Positions 1-8,734 of a DNA stretch of 49,156 bases are shown here, in pieces (the stretch's first letter is position 1; each line of letters opens with the position of its first letter). A model generated the notes under the pieces. That model did no database searches. It was not told where the DNA came from and was given only the letters and a program-made list of their open reading frames with translations. The position numbers were made by a program, and so were the translations under genes. Source of the DNA: Chitinophagales bacterium (GTDB lineage: Bacteria; Bacteroidota; Bacteroidia; Chitinophagales; JADJOU01); the NCBI GenBank assembly GCA_025455685.1, contig JALOMB010000012.1, positions 1 to 49,156 of the forward strand, written 5' to 3'.

Positions 1-72
1 GAACTTTAAAAATGAAGCATAGAATTAAGAATAATTTTGTCGAATTAAAAAATAAAATTTGTAAGAAATTAC

Positions 73-80
73 TATATTTG
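73..80 (+). promoter_or_regulatory. Bacteroidota sigma-A -7 promoter element (TATATTTG)
   Basis: Matches TAnnTTTG and ends 4 nt before the ATG at 85. Confidence 0.65.
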
Positions 81-84
81 CGAG

Positions 85-1071
85 ATGAAATCAATAGGTA
101 ATCGATTGTTTAGTTTTCTTCTCGTTATATTACTTGGATTCTTAAGTTGCGAACGAAAATCAAATCAATTAAGTCAGGAAGAATCCCTACCCAAGGAGCT
201 TATTGAGATTCAAGATTCTTTGACTATAAATCCAAAAGATGCTAGACAATACTTCAAAAGAGCTCTGTATTATTGGGGTCAAAACGAAAATGAAAAAGCG
301 CTCCTAGATTTCTATAATGCAACAAAATATGATTCTACTAATCCAGTTTATTTTGAAAAATTAGCAGATTTCTTCGTAGAGACCACTAATTTGGAAAGAG
401 CCGCAGGCGCTTTAGGCTTTTGTATCAAGCTCGATAACCGAAATCCAATGTATTATCTTAAATTAGGCAAGATAAACCTCTATATAAAAGACTATTCCAA
501 AGCTTTATCGAATTTTAATGATGCGCTAAAATTAGATAAATACGCACCTGAGCCTTATTTTTATAAGGGAATTCTACAAAAGGAAATCGGTGATACAGCC
601 AAGGCAATTTCTAGCTTTATAACTGCTTCAGAGCAGGATCCTACCTGGGACGAGCCTTTTCAGCAAATTGGACTAATTTATTTGGCTCAAAAAAATCCCC
701 TTGCCTTGACTTATTTCGATAATTCCATTAAAGTAAACCCTAAAAATATGTCTGCTAGAATGAATAAAGCCTATTTTTATGTTTTGACCAAGAAGTATGA
801 GGCAGCGATCCCAATTTACGAAGATATAATCAATAATAACCCCCTATATGTCGATGCTGTTTACAATTTAGGCATTGTGTATCATAAGCAGGGTAACAAG
901 CAAAAAGCTATTGCATTTTTCGAAAAGTGTATCCAAATTCAAAGTAATTATACAAAAGCTTATGTCATGCTCAGTAAACTTATCCACGATAAAGCAAAAT
1001 CAAAATCCTATCGTGAAACCGCTTTAAAGCTAGATCCAACATTGAAAGATGAAATTTTTTCAACAGAATAA
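85..1071 (+). CDS. Tetratricopeptide repeat lipoprotein
   Basis: Signal peptide ending LGFLS-C (lipobox-like), followed by tandem TPR-like units such as YNLGIVYHKQGNKQKAIAFFEKCIQI. Confidence 0.85.
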   Translation: MKSIGNRLFSFLLVILLGFLSCERKSNQLSQEESLPKELIEIQDSLTINPKDARQYFKRALYYWGQNENEKALLDFYNATKYDSTNPVYFEKLADFFVETTNLERAAGALGFCIKLDNRNPMYYLKLGKINLYIKDYSKALSNFNDALKLDKYAPEPYFYKGILQKEIGDTAKAISSFITASEQDPTWDEPFQQIGLIYLAQKNPLALTYFDNSIKVNPKNMSARMNKAYFYVLTKKYEAAIPIYEDIINNNPLYVDAVYNLGIVYHKQGNKQKAIAFFEKCIQIQSNYTKAYVMLSKLIHDKAKSKSYRETALKLDPTLKDEIFSTE

Positions 1072-1082
1072 AAAAAAATGAT

Positions 1083-1090
1083 TATCTTTG
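1083..1090 (+). promoter_or_regulatory. -7 promoter element of the rpmB-rpmG operon (TATCTTTG)
   Basis: TAnnTTTG followed by CA, 18 nt upstream of the rpmB ATG. Confidence 0.7.
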
Positions 1091-1108
1091 CACCCTAAAA
1101 CATAAGAA

Positions 1109-1339
1109 ATGTCTAGAATTTGTGAATTAACCAATAAAAAGCCTTTAAAAGGTCATTATGTCTCACATTCCAATGTGAAGACTAATAGAAAATTTTATCC
1201 AAATTTAAAAACTAAAAAAATGTTTGTCCCTGAGTTAAATCAGTGGATACAGGTGAAATTAAGTATGCATGCACTTAGATGTATCAATAAAGTAGGCCTA
1301 TACCAATATTTAAAAGATCTCGAAAAATCAAATAATTAA
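1109..1339 (+). CDS. rpmB: 50S ribosomal protein L28
   Basis: [33 protein letters not shown] signature. Confidence 0.97.
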   Translation: MSRICELTNKKPLKGHYVSHSNVKTNRKFYPNLKTKKMFVPELNQWIQVKLSMHALRCINKVGLYQYLKDLEKSNN

Positions 1340-1343
1340 TCAT

Positions 1344-1532
1344 ATGGCAAAGAAAGCAAAAGGTAATCGCGTTCAAGTTATATTAGAGTGCACAGAGCAT
1401 AAGGACTCAGGTATGGCTGGCATGTCTCGCTACATTACCAAAAAAAATAGAAAAAATACGCCAGACAGAATAGAATTAAAGAAATTTAATCCTGTGCTTA
1501 AGCGATATACTATTCACAAAGAAATTAAATAA
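1344..1532 (+). CDS. rpmG: 50S ribosomal protein L33
   Basis: [12 protein letters not shown]...[23 protein letters not shown], Bacteroidota-type L33. Confidence 0.97.
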   Translation: MAKKAKGNRVQVILECTEHKDSGMAGMSRYITKKNRKNTPDRIELKKFNPVLKRYTIHKEIK

Positions 1533-1540
1533 TACCCAAT

Positions 1541-1714
1541 ATGGCAAAAGTATCGAAAAACGCGAAAACTAACCGTCAAGCTCAAGAAGGTTCTAAAGAC
1601 TACGTTAAAGTCATCACTGCTGAAAAATCAGAAGTAACAGGCTCTTATCAGTTTAGAAAAAAAATCATTCACAAAGATTTAGTAAAAGACTATTTGGATA
1701 AGAAGAGTAAATAA
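1541..1714 (+). CDS. DUF4295 family small protein (57 aa, not in the ORF track)
   Basis: Hand translation MAKVSKNAKTNRQAQEGSKDYVKVITAEKSEVTGSYQFRKKIIHKDLVKDYLDKKSK*. The KVI..KS..TG.Y.F pattern and the position after rpmG are typical of Bacteroidota. Confidence 0.85.
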   Translation: MAKVSKNAKTNRQAQEGSKDYVKVITAEKSEVTGSYQFRKKIIHKDLVKDYLDKKSK

Positions 1715-1740
1715 AACACTCTTTTCTTATTTAAATATAT

Positions 1741-1766
1741 AAAGCCTTCTCTATAGAAGGCTTTTT
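1741..1766 (+). terminator. Intrinsic terminator, probably bidirectional
   Basis: AAAGCCTTCT-CTAT-AGAAGGCTTT hairpin with T tail, between convergent genes. Confidence 0.85.
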
Positions 1767-1829
1767 GTGTTTAGGAATCCTTGTCTTGAACATGTTAGCT
1801 TTTCTTGGTTTTCTAAACGCTTGAGGTAT

Positions 1830-4739
1830 TTATGCAAATAGAAAATCAATATCATCAACGCTGAGGTTTTTTATGAAGCCTTCATCTTCTTGAATAAGGT
1901 CTTCTTGAAGCTTTAGTTTCCTTTCTTGTAGTTGGATAATTCGCTCCTCTATAGTGTCCCGACAAATCAATCGGTAAGCAAAAACCTTCTCTTTTTGACC
2001 AATTCTATAGACTCTATCAATTGCTTGTTGTTCTATGAATTTATTCCACCAAGGGTCAATTAAGAAAACATAGTTGGCTTTTGTAAGGGTAATACCCATA
2101 TTTCCAGATTTGAGGGATATTACAAATACGGGAACTCTATTGGAATCATCTTGGAATTTATTGACTAATTCTTGTCTCTTTTCCTGAGCCACAGAGCCAT
2201 CAAAGAAATAATAAGGAATCTTATCATCTTCAAGTCTCTTTTTAATTACTGATAAAGTATTTAGGAACTGAGAGAAAACTATGATTTTATTTTTTACAGC
2301 AACGTTATGCGCTAATTCCAGATTAGATAATCCATGCTGCTTGCTTTGATGGAGTATATCTCTAATCTGATCCATGAGTAAATCTATTTTAATCGATTCT
2401 TGCGTTTGTATAGAAAATTCTTGAATATTTGAAGGGTCACTACATACGATTCTTAGCTTTTGAATCGCCTCTAAAACTCCTAATTTGGAAGCCCCAATGC
2501 CTTTTTCTTTGATATCCATGATTACTTTTTCTTTAATGCTTTTTTTGATTAAATCATAGAGTTTTCGCTGTGTTTCCCCCATGTCACAGTATAATATGGA
2601 TTCTGTTTTCTCTGGCAATTCATCTAAAACTTTTTCTTTTGTTCTTCTTAAATTGATGAAAGAAGAAATTTTTTGTAATTGTTTAATTTTATTCTCATCT
2701 CTATGAATATCAATAGGATCGGCATACTCTTTTCGAAAAAAAGATTCATTTGCAAAGAAATTGGGCATGATAAATTCATACTGAGGATATAAATCCATTG
2801 TAGAATTCATAACAGGGGTGCCGGAGAGGAGTATTTTCATTTTTGCTTGAAGCTGTAAAATGGCCTTTGTGGTTTGTGCAGCTGGATTTTTGATATAATG
2901 ACTCTCATCGAGCACTATAGTATTCCATTGAATCATCGCTAAATTATCGATATCAGCCCGAGCAGTTTGATAGCTTGTGATTATAGCTTTAGCTTCATGA
3001 AATTCTTGGGAAGAGATATTTCGGTCTTGTCTATGATATACATAGGAAGATAACCCTATTCCGAAGTTTTCGAGTTCCTTTTTCCAATTGTACATAAGTC
3101 CTGCAGGCGCAATGATTAGATGCTTTCCAGGATGTTTTAAATTCATATAACCTAAAAAAGTAATGGTCTGAATCGTTTTACCTAGTCCCATATCATCGCT
3201 GAGCAAAGCCCCTGAAAACACCTCACTAATCAAAACCATCCATTCTACCCCTTTGGCTTGATAAGGTCTAAGGTCAGCATTCACGTAATTTTCTATTGCT
3301 ATTTGTGTGGTAGGGTTGTTTTGATATTGCGCCCATTTGTCTTTCCATTGGGCTATATCTATTCCTAAATCCAAGTTTTGAAAGAGTTGCGCGTGTTTGG
3401 ATTGATTAGAAAAAATCAATAAAAATTTATTTAACCAGATATGTTCTGCTTCGAAAATTAGATGCTTTATGATTAATCCATAATCCTCTAGCCAATCATC
3501 AGGGAGTACACCCATTGTTTCATCTTGAAGCATCACAAATTTTTGACGATTCATAATTGTTTTTTGCAATTCCTTGTTTGGTATGATATTAGTGCCGAAA
3601 CGAACCTCAAGTTTTACAGCACATAAAGGTGCGTCTTTTTTGTCTATTACATCAAATCTAGTCTCGATAGGAAATGGGCTATAACGGAAATGCCTTAGTA
3701 GTTCCATTCCTTCGATTCGAATTCCCTGGTCGAGAAGTCGATGATAGAAATGCAGAAACCAATTTTTATTCTTGGCTTGCTCTATAGTTAAATATAATAA
3801 ATTTGGTTTTTGTGCTTGAAATGCTTCATGGGACTGAATTAAATCATCTAAGAGTCGTTTTTCTATTTGCTCATTTTGCTCATAATGCAAGGCATATGAA
3901 CCTGTATAATGAATCATGGAGCGTGAATCGTTTACTTCCTTAATAAAATAATCATATACAAAGGAGGGTACAATATTGAGAAAGCCCTGACTCTCGCTTA
4001 AGTGAATGCATAAGGATGGATCGGCTTTGACAAGCATAGGAGTGAAAATTTCATCAGTCAAGATTTCGATTTGAAATTCATTGGGCTTTATGATTTTCTG
4101 AGCGAAGGCTTCATAGTCAATTCTTAAGTCGTCTGAGATATGACTCCTGATAAATTCAAGTGCATTAAAATGTGCATGCCGAATCATATATAAGTCCTTG
4201 TCATAATAGATAAAAAATCCAAATCTATGATATTCCCCTTCTTCCAAAGAATTTCCATCGATATCAAAGAGTAATTTGATTCGAATAGCATAGTCTTCGC
4301 CTTTGATCAATTTTATCTTAGTATTGAGTTTTCTAAAGTATATAGTTGTATCTTTTTGAATTGGATTCTTTTCAGGAAGTTCGATACGAGAATAAAAAAG
4401 TAAACTATCGAAGTGTCTTTGTAAGTAGTCGAAGCCATTATAGATGTGGTTTCGTGTGATAGCATTTAGTTTTTTATTTAATGCTTCTCCTTGAAGGCTG
4501 AGTGAAAGAGATTGTTGTTTGCTACTGCGGACTTGAAGAAAATAGTTATGTTCAAAGTATTTCAATAAACTCAGATACACCTTTTCAGGCCAATTAATTT
4601 CTAAGTTTTTTTCTTTTTGAAAAGGGGTAAACTGAATACCATTTTGTAAGTTCTTAGGATCAAAGCTAATGATTTCAAAGCAATTTTTAGCTTCGGTAAT
4701 ACGCGAAGGAATAAAGCAGATTCTTTTGGTTAAGGGCAT
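1830..4739 (-). CDS. SNF2-family (SF2) helicase/ATPase
   Basis: LRPYQ, DDMGLGKT, LDESH, LSGTP, IVFSQF, DPWWN and QAIDRVYRIGQ motifs. Confidence 0.93.
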   Translation of the reverse strand: MPLTKRICFIPSRITEAKNCFEIISFDPKNLQNGIQFTPFQKEKNLEINWPEKVYLSLLKYFEHNYFLQVRSSKQQSLSLSLQGEALNKKLNAITRNHIYNGFDYLQRHFDSLLFYSRIELPEKNPIQKDTTIYFRKLNTKIKLIKGEDYAIRIKLLFDIDGNSLEEGEYHRFGFFIYYDKDLYMIRHAHFNALEFIRSHISDDLRIDYEAFAQKIIKPNEFQIEILTDEIFTPMLVKADPSLCIHLSESQGFLNIVPSFVYDYFIKEVNDSRSMIHYTGSYALHYEQNEQIEKRLLDDLIQSHEAFQAQKPNLLYLTIEQAKNKNWFLHFYHRLLDQGIRIEGMELLRHFRYSPFPIETRFDVIDKKDAPLCAVKLEVRFGTNIIPNKELQKTIMNRQKFVMLQDETMGVLPDDWLEDYGLIIKHLIFEAEHIWLNKFLLIFSNQSKHAQLFQNLDLGIDIAQWKDKWAQYQNNPTTQIAIENYVNADLRPYQAKGVEWMVLISEVFSGALLSDDMGLGKTIQTITFLGYMNLKHPGKHLIIAPAGLMYNWKKELENFGIGLSSYVYHRQDRNISSQEFHEAKAIITSYQTARADIDNLAMIQWNTIVLDESHYIKNPAAQTTKAILQLQAKMKILLSGTPVMNSTMDLYPQYEFIMPNFFANESFFRKEYADPIDIHRDENKIKQLQKISSFINLRRTKEKVLDELPEKTESILYCDMGETQRKLYDLIKKSIKEKVIMDIKEKGIGASKLGVLEAIQKLRIVCSDPSNIQEFSIQTQESIKIDLLMDQIRDILHQSKQHGLSNLELAHNVAVKNKIIVFSQFLNTLSVIKKRLEDDKIPYYFFDGSVAQEKRQELVNKFQDDSNRVPVFVISLKSGNMGITLTKANYVFLIDPWWNKFIEQQAIDRVYRIGQKEKVFAYRLICRDTIEERIIQLQERKLKLQEDLIQEDEGFIKNLSVDDIDFLFA

Positions 4740-4759
4740 TTAGTTATGTTTGTGTAGGA

Positions 4760-4767
4760 CAAAAATA
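4760..4767 (-). promoter_or_regulatory. -7 promoter element (TATTTTTG) for the SNF2 gene
   Basis: TAnnTTTG on the minus strand, 20 nt upstream of the ATG. Confidence 0.55.
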
Positions 4768-4898
4768 GTTTTTTTATGGATTCAAGCGATTAAAGATTAT
4801 CAACAAAATGCTTGTATTTTCATATTTTTCAACCTGAGCCTTTTTACATTTACAATATACCCTATTATGGTTGCAAGATTATGTTGATTTTCTATTGC

Positions 4899-5276
4899 TT
4901 AGACCAATAAATATCCTGGCTTGAGCAATAAGGGAATTTCTTCTAAGTCAGTCATAGACCTCTTGTCGAAAGTGAAATTTAGCTCATATAAATCATCAGC
5001 TATATAATAAGATAGGAAAACTTCATTTTTCATTTCAAATACTTCATCCATCAAAGTTTCAAAGGGTTTGGCACTAAGCTCTGATAGGGCTTCGATGAAA
5101 TACCTTAGCGTAGAAGTGACTTGCCCTTTATCATCATATGCAGAAGTGGTAATCAAGATATTTCTAATGGAAATTTGTTTACAATTCAACAGATTTATTT
5201 GAAATACCCCTTCTTCTTGAGGTACAATAGCTAAGAATATGTCTTTTGATATAGGAATCTGAATATCCTTTTTCAT
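4899..5276 (-). CDS. Conserved Bacteroidota hypothetical protein
   Basis: 125-aa ORF 3 nt after fahA. MKKDIQIP...TSTLRYF pattern recalled from Bacteroidota hypotheticals. Confidence 0.7.
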   Translation of the reverse strand: MKKDIQIPISKDIFLAIVPQEEGVFQINLLNCKQISIRNILITTSAYDDKGQVTSTLRYFIEALSELSAKPFETLMDEVFEMKNEVFLSYYIADDLYELNFTFDKRSMTDLEEIPLLLKPGYLLV

Positions 5277-5279
5277 TAT

Positions 5280-6515
5280 TTATGTAGCAGGTAAAATTTT
5301 GGTAGTACATTCCCCAAATCCGATTCTAAAGCCATCAGCCTGAGCATAACCTATTAAAGTACAGACATCGTGATCTAGTAAAAAAGTTCTCTCAGTACCA
5401 TCATTCATTTTTAGAGGTTTTGTTCCTTGCCAAGCGAGTTCGAGCATAGATCCAAACTGATGGGGCTCTGGACCTGAAATTGTTCCTGATGCCATCATGT
5501 CACCAACGTTTAGATTACAGCCATTGACGGTATGATGTGCTAGCTGCTGTGCCATAGACCAATACATAAATTTAAAATTCGATTGAACGATTGATTGTTT
5601 GAGTTTGGCATTGCTAATGATGACTTCTAAGTTGATATCAAAATTATAATTGCCCTCGTATTTAAGATAATCCAATACTTCAGGCGATTGGGGCTCTTGT
5701 GGTACAGAGAAGGGCGCCAAAGCCTCTAGGGTTACTACCCATGGGGAAATCACTGAAGCGAAATTTTTAGCGAGAAATGGTCCAAGGGGAACGTATTCCC
5801 AAGCTTGAATATCACGAGCAGATAAATCATTAAATAAAACTAAACCAAAAATATGATCATAGGCATTTTTTACCGATACGCTTTCTCCTAAGTTAGTAGG
5901 TTTCCCTACGATGAAGGCTACTTCAAGTTCAAAATCAAGTCTTTGACTTGGTCCGAAAATTGGTGTAGTAGCACCTTTGGGCATTGATTGACCCTTTGGT
6001 CTATGTACTTCAGTCCCACTGACTACAATTGAAGAGGCTCTACCGTGATAGCCCACAGGTAAATGTCTCCAATTAGGGAGCAGAGCATTTTCTGGGTCTC
6101 GAAACATTTTTCCTACATTGGTAGCATGATCTATCGATGAATAAAAATCAGTATAATCTTTGACAGATACAGGCATATACATCGTTGCTTCACTCATTGA
6201 GTCTAGGTAGCTAACTTTATTGCTGTTTGACTGTAATTTATGATTATCAATATGAAGTAAATGCTGAATATCCAATCTGAACTTTGAAGTTGTATCTTTG
6301 CCTAAAGCTATAAAATCGTTTAAGGTATCTTGAAGCAAAACTTCAGGCCTTGGAAATTCAAGATATTTATCAGCGACCAAAGTGGCTAAATCTAAAATGT
6401 AATTTCCTATGGCACAGCCAACTCTTTTTGATTTGGATGGAGTAGTGTAAATTCCAAATGGAATGTTTTGAATAGGAAAATGGGTAGTCGCTTCGTATTG
6501 AATCCAAGATTTCAT
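5280..6515 (-). CDS. fahA: Fumarylacetoacetase
   Basis: HFPIQNIPFG, DYTDFYSSIDHATNVG, YHGRASS, LDFELE, ARDIQAWEYVPLGPF. Confidence 0.96.
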   Translation of the reverse strand: MKSWIQYEATTHFPIQNIPFGIYTTPSKSKRVGCAIGNYILDLATLVADKYLEFPRPEVLLQDTLNDFIALGKDTTSKFRLDIQHLLHIDNHKLQSNSNKVSYLDSMSEATMYMPVSVKDYTDFYSSIDHATNVGKMFRDPENALLPNWRHLPVGYHGRASSIVVSGTEVHRPKGQSMPKGATTPIFGPSQRLDFELEVAFIVGKPTNLGESVSVKNAYDHIFGLVLFNDLSARDIQAWEYVPLGPFLAKNFASVISPWVVTLEALAPFSVPQEPQSPEVLDYLKYEGNYNFDINLEVIISNAKLKQSIVQSNFKFMYWSMAQQLAHHTVNGCNLNVGDMMASGTISGPEPHQFGSMLELAWQGTKPLKMNDGTERTFLLDHDVCTLIGYAQADGFRIGFGECTTKILPAT

Positions 6516-6542
6516 AAATGTAAATTGTATAAAAAGAGGTAA

Positions 6543-7076
6543 TTATTTAGAGAAATGAGGTAAAATTAAATCAGTCCATTGTTCAAGCCTTTCTTGAGTC
6601 ATTTCGTCTTGATTGTCCACATCGATAAGTAAACCGACAAGTTGGCCGTCAATTTCGGCTTTGCTCGCATCATATTCATAGCCTTTGATAGGCCACTGTC
6701 CTACTATATTGGCACCATTTTTTTTAGCAATTTCATAAAAGACACCTAAAGCATCACCAAAATAAAAACTATAGCCGTATTGGTCTCCAAGCCCAAAGAA
6801 AGCTATGGTTTTTCCAATAAAATTAACTTGTCCAAATTTAGGTAAAAACACTTCCCAATCACCTTGTAATTCGCCATCATACCAGGTTGGCATACCGATA
6901 ATAAGCAGATCATATGCTTGTAAATCTTGAGGTTCTTTTTTGTATATTTCATGTATGTCTATCTCCAAATCAGAATTCTTGGCTATTAAAATTTCTTTTA
7001 ATTCTTGCGCTATACGCTCTGTATTTCCGGTGTCTGTACCATAGAAAAGCCCTATTTTTCGGCCCATATTATTCAT
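6543..7076 (-). CDS. fldA: Long-chain flavodoxin
   Basis: FYGTDTGNTE, PTWYDGELQGDW and FGLGDQ FMN-binding motifs. Confidence 0.92.
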   Translation of the reverse strand: MNNMGRKIGLFYGTDTGNTERIAQELKEILIAKNSDLEIDIHEIYKKEPQDLQAYDLLIIGMPTWYDGELQGDWEVFLPKFGQVNFIGKTIAFFGLGDQYGYSFYFGDALGVFYEIAKKNGANIVGQWPIKGYEYDASKAEIDGQLVGLLIDVDNQDEMTQERLEQWTDLILPHFSK

Positions 7077-8670
7077 TTTTAATTTTATATTTAGTAAAAT
7101 TTTCTTTCATCATAGCTAGGGCTTTGATTAGAATATCATCTATTTGATTGATGATTCGATAAAACCCTTTGCTTCCATATAGCCCTCGAGCAATATTTGC
7201 GCGGACTACATGATCTATTTGTCTTGCTGATGAATCATAAGACGCTTGGATAAATTCAATTGAATCTGCCTGACACAAGGATTTTATTTCATTTTTCATA
7301 GAAGCATCAAGCGAAAATTTCTGAATAAAATCGTCTATAGTTGGATAAGTAACAAGCATCGAGTCTCTTTTTTCAAGCCCATATTTATTGGATAAATCAT
7401 TTAATATATTCTTTCTAAACATCTTGAAGTATAAATCACTATATTTCATCGTATCTATAGGTACATATATATCAGGCATGATACCGCCCCCGCCGAAAAC
7501 TTTTCGTTTGTTTTTCGTTAACTTCATTAGGGAATCAGGAGGATGAAAAGTATCTTTTTTGTTTAGAATTCCTTTTTGAGCGCGATCTAGAATTTCACTT
7601 CTATATTCTTTTAGTTCGCCTTTGACAAATGGCTTCTGAATTAAACGACCCGTAGGAGTAAAGTATTCGGCAGTGGTAAGTCTAAGCTCGGATTTGTCTA
7701 TCAAAGTAAATCTATTTTGTACTAGTCCTTTTCCGAAAGATCTTCTGCCGATGATCATACCTCGATCTAAATCTTGAATAGCACCTGCGACAATTTCAGA
7801 AGCAGAGGCTGAGTTTTCATTTATGAGAATAATGAGTTTTCCTTTTTCCATGAGCGCACCACCTAAAGCACGGTATTCTGTTTTCGGTGAATTCAATCCC
7901 TTGGTAAATACGACGAGTTCATTCATAGGTACGAATTGCCCTACAACGCCAACAGCTGCATTGAGATAGCCGCCAGAGTTGTTTTGTAAATCCAGAATTA
8001 ATTGTTTCATACCTTGGGCTTGTAGCTCTTTGATTCCGGATATAAGCTCTTCTTCTGTAGTTCCAGAAAACTTATTGATTTTGATATAGCCTGTATTGGC
8101 ATCGAGCATCATGACGATATCTACAGAGTTCAAAGGAATAATGTCTCTTATTACTTTAAAATTAAGTAATTTGTCTCTTCGAAGCATCGTGAGATTGACT
8201 GCTGTACCTTTTTTGCCTCTAAGCCTAGAAATGTAGTCTTCATCTTTTTTATGGGAACCAGCGAAAAGAGAATCATTAATTAAGATGAGTTTATCTCCTA
8301 TGGATATACCTACTTTTTCAGAGGGGCCCTGAGCAATGACATCTAAGACATTTAAGGTGTCTTTGATAATGCGAAAAGAGATACCGACTCCTTCAAAATT
8401 ACCTTTTAACTTATCATTCTCAGAATTAGATTCTTTAGCTTCGAGATAACTAGAGTGAGGGTCGAGCTCTTCTAGAGATTTCTTAATAGCTGTTTCTATG
8501 ATTTTAGAGATGTCTAAGGAATCATAATATTTGTTTTCTAATAAAGTAAAATACTGAGCAAATTTCTTAAACTGCATAGCACTTCTAGGGTCTTGAGCTT
8601 GACAAGGTTGGTATATCACCACAAAGAATAAGAATAAGAATTTACAACGAAAAAGAGACATAGTTTTCAA
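7069..8670 (-). CDS. S41 carboxyl-terminal processing protease with PDZ domain
   Basis: LDPHS, FEGVGISF (PDZ), LDLQNNSGG, SASASEIV, SFGKGLVQ. Confidence 0.93.
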   Translation of the reverse strand: MKTMSLFRCKFLFLFFVVIYQPCQAQDPRSAMQFKKFAQYFTLLENKYYDSLDISKIIETAIKKSLEELDPHSSYLEAKESNSENDKLKGNFEGVGISFRIIKDTLNVLDVIAQGPSEKVGISIGDKLILINDSLFAGSHKKDEDYISRLRGKKGTAVNLTMLRRDKLLNFKVIRDIIPLNSVDIVMMLDANTGYIKINKFSGTTEEELISGIKELQAQGMKQLILDLQNNSGGYLNAAVGVVGQFVPMNELVVFTKGLNSPKTEYRALGGALMEKGKLIILINENSASASEIVAGAIQDLDRGMIIGRRSFGKGLVQNRFTLIDKSELRLTTAEYFTPTGRLIQKPFVKGELKEYRSEILDRAQKGILNKKDTFHPPDSLMKLTKNKRKVFGGGGIMPDIYVPIDTMKYSDLYFKMFRKNILNDLSNKYGLEKRDSMLVTYPTIDDFIQKFSLDASMKNEIKSLCQADSIEFIQASYDSSARQIDHVVRANIARGLYGSKGFYRIINQIDDILIKALAMMKENFTKYKIKNE

Positions 8671-8689
8671 GCATCAATGATTTAGATTA

Positions 8690-8697
8690 CAAATTTA
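8690..8697 (-). promoter_or_regulatory. -7 promoter element (TAAATTTG) upstream of the S41-fldA-fahA run
   Basis: TAnnTTTG on the minus strand in the uvrA/S41 gap. Confidence 0.55.
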
Positions 8698-8734
8698 ATC
8701 GTTTATGGATTAGCAATTGGCATTTTACCAAAAA

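Noticed and set aside
1830-4739. SNF2 helicase as part of a defence system such as DISARM or Zorya
   Set aside because: It stands alone among housekeeping genes with no methylase, PLD nuclease or other partner
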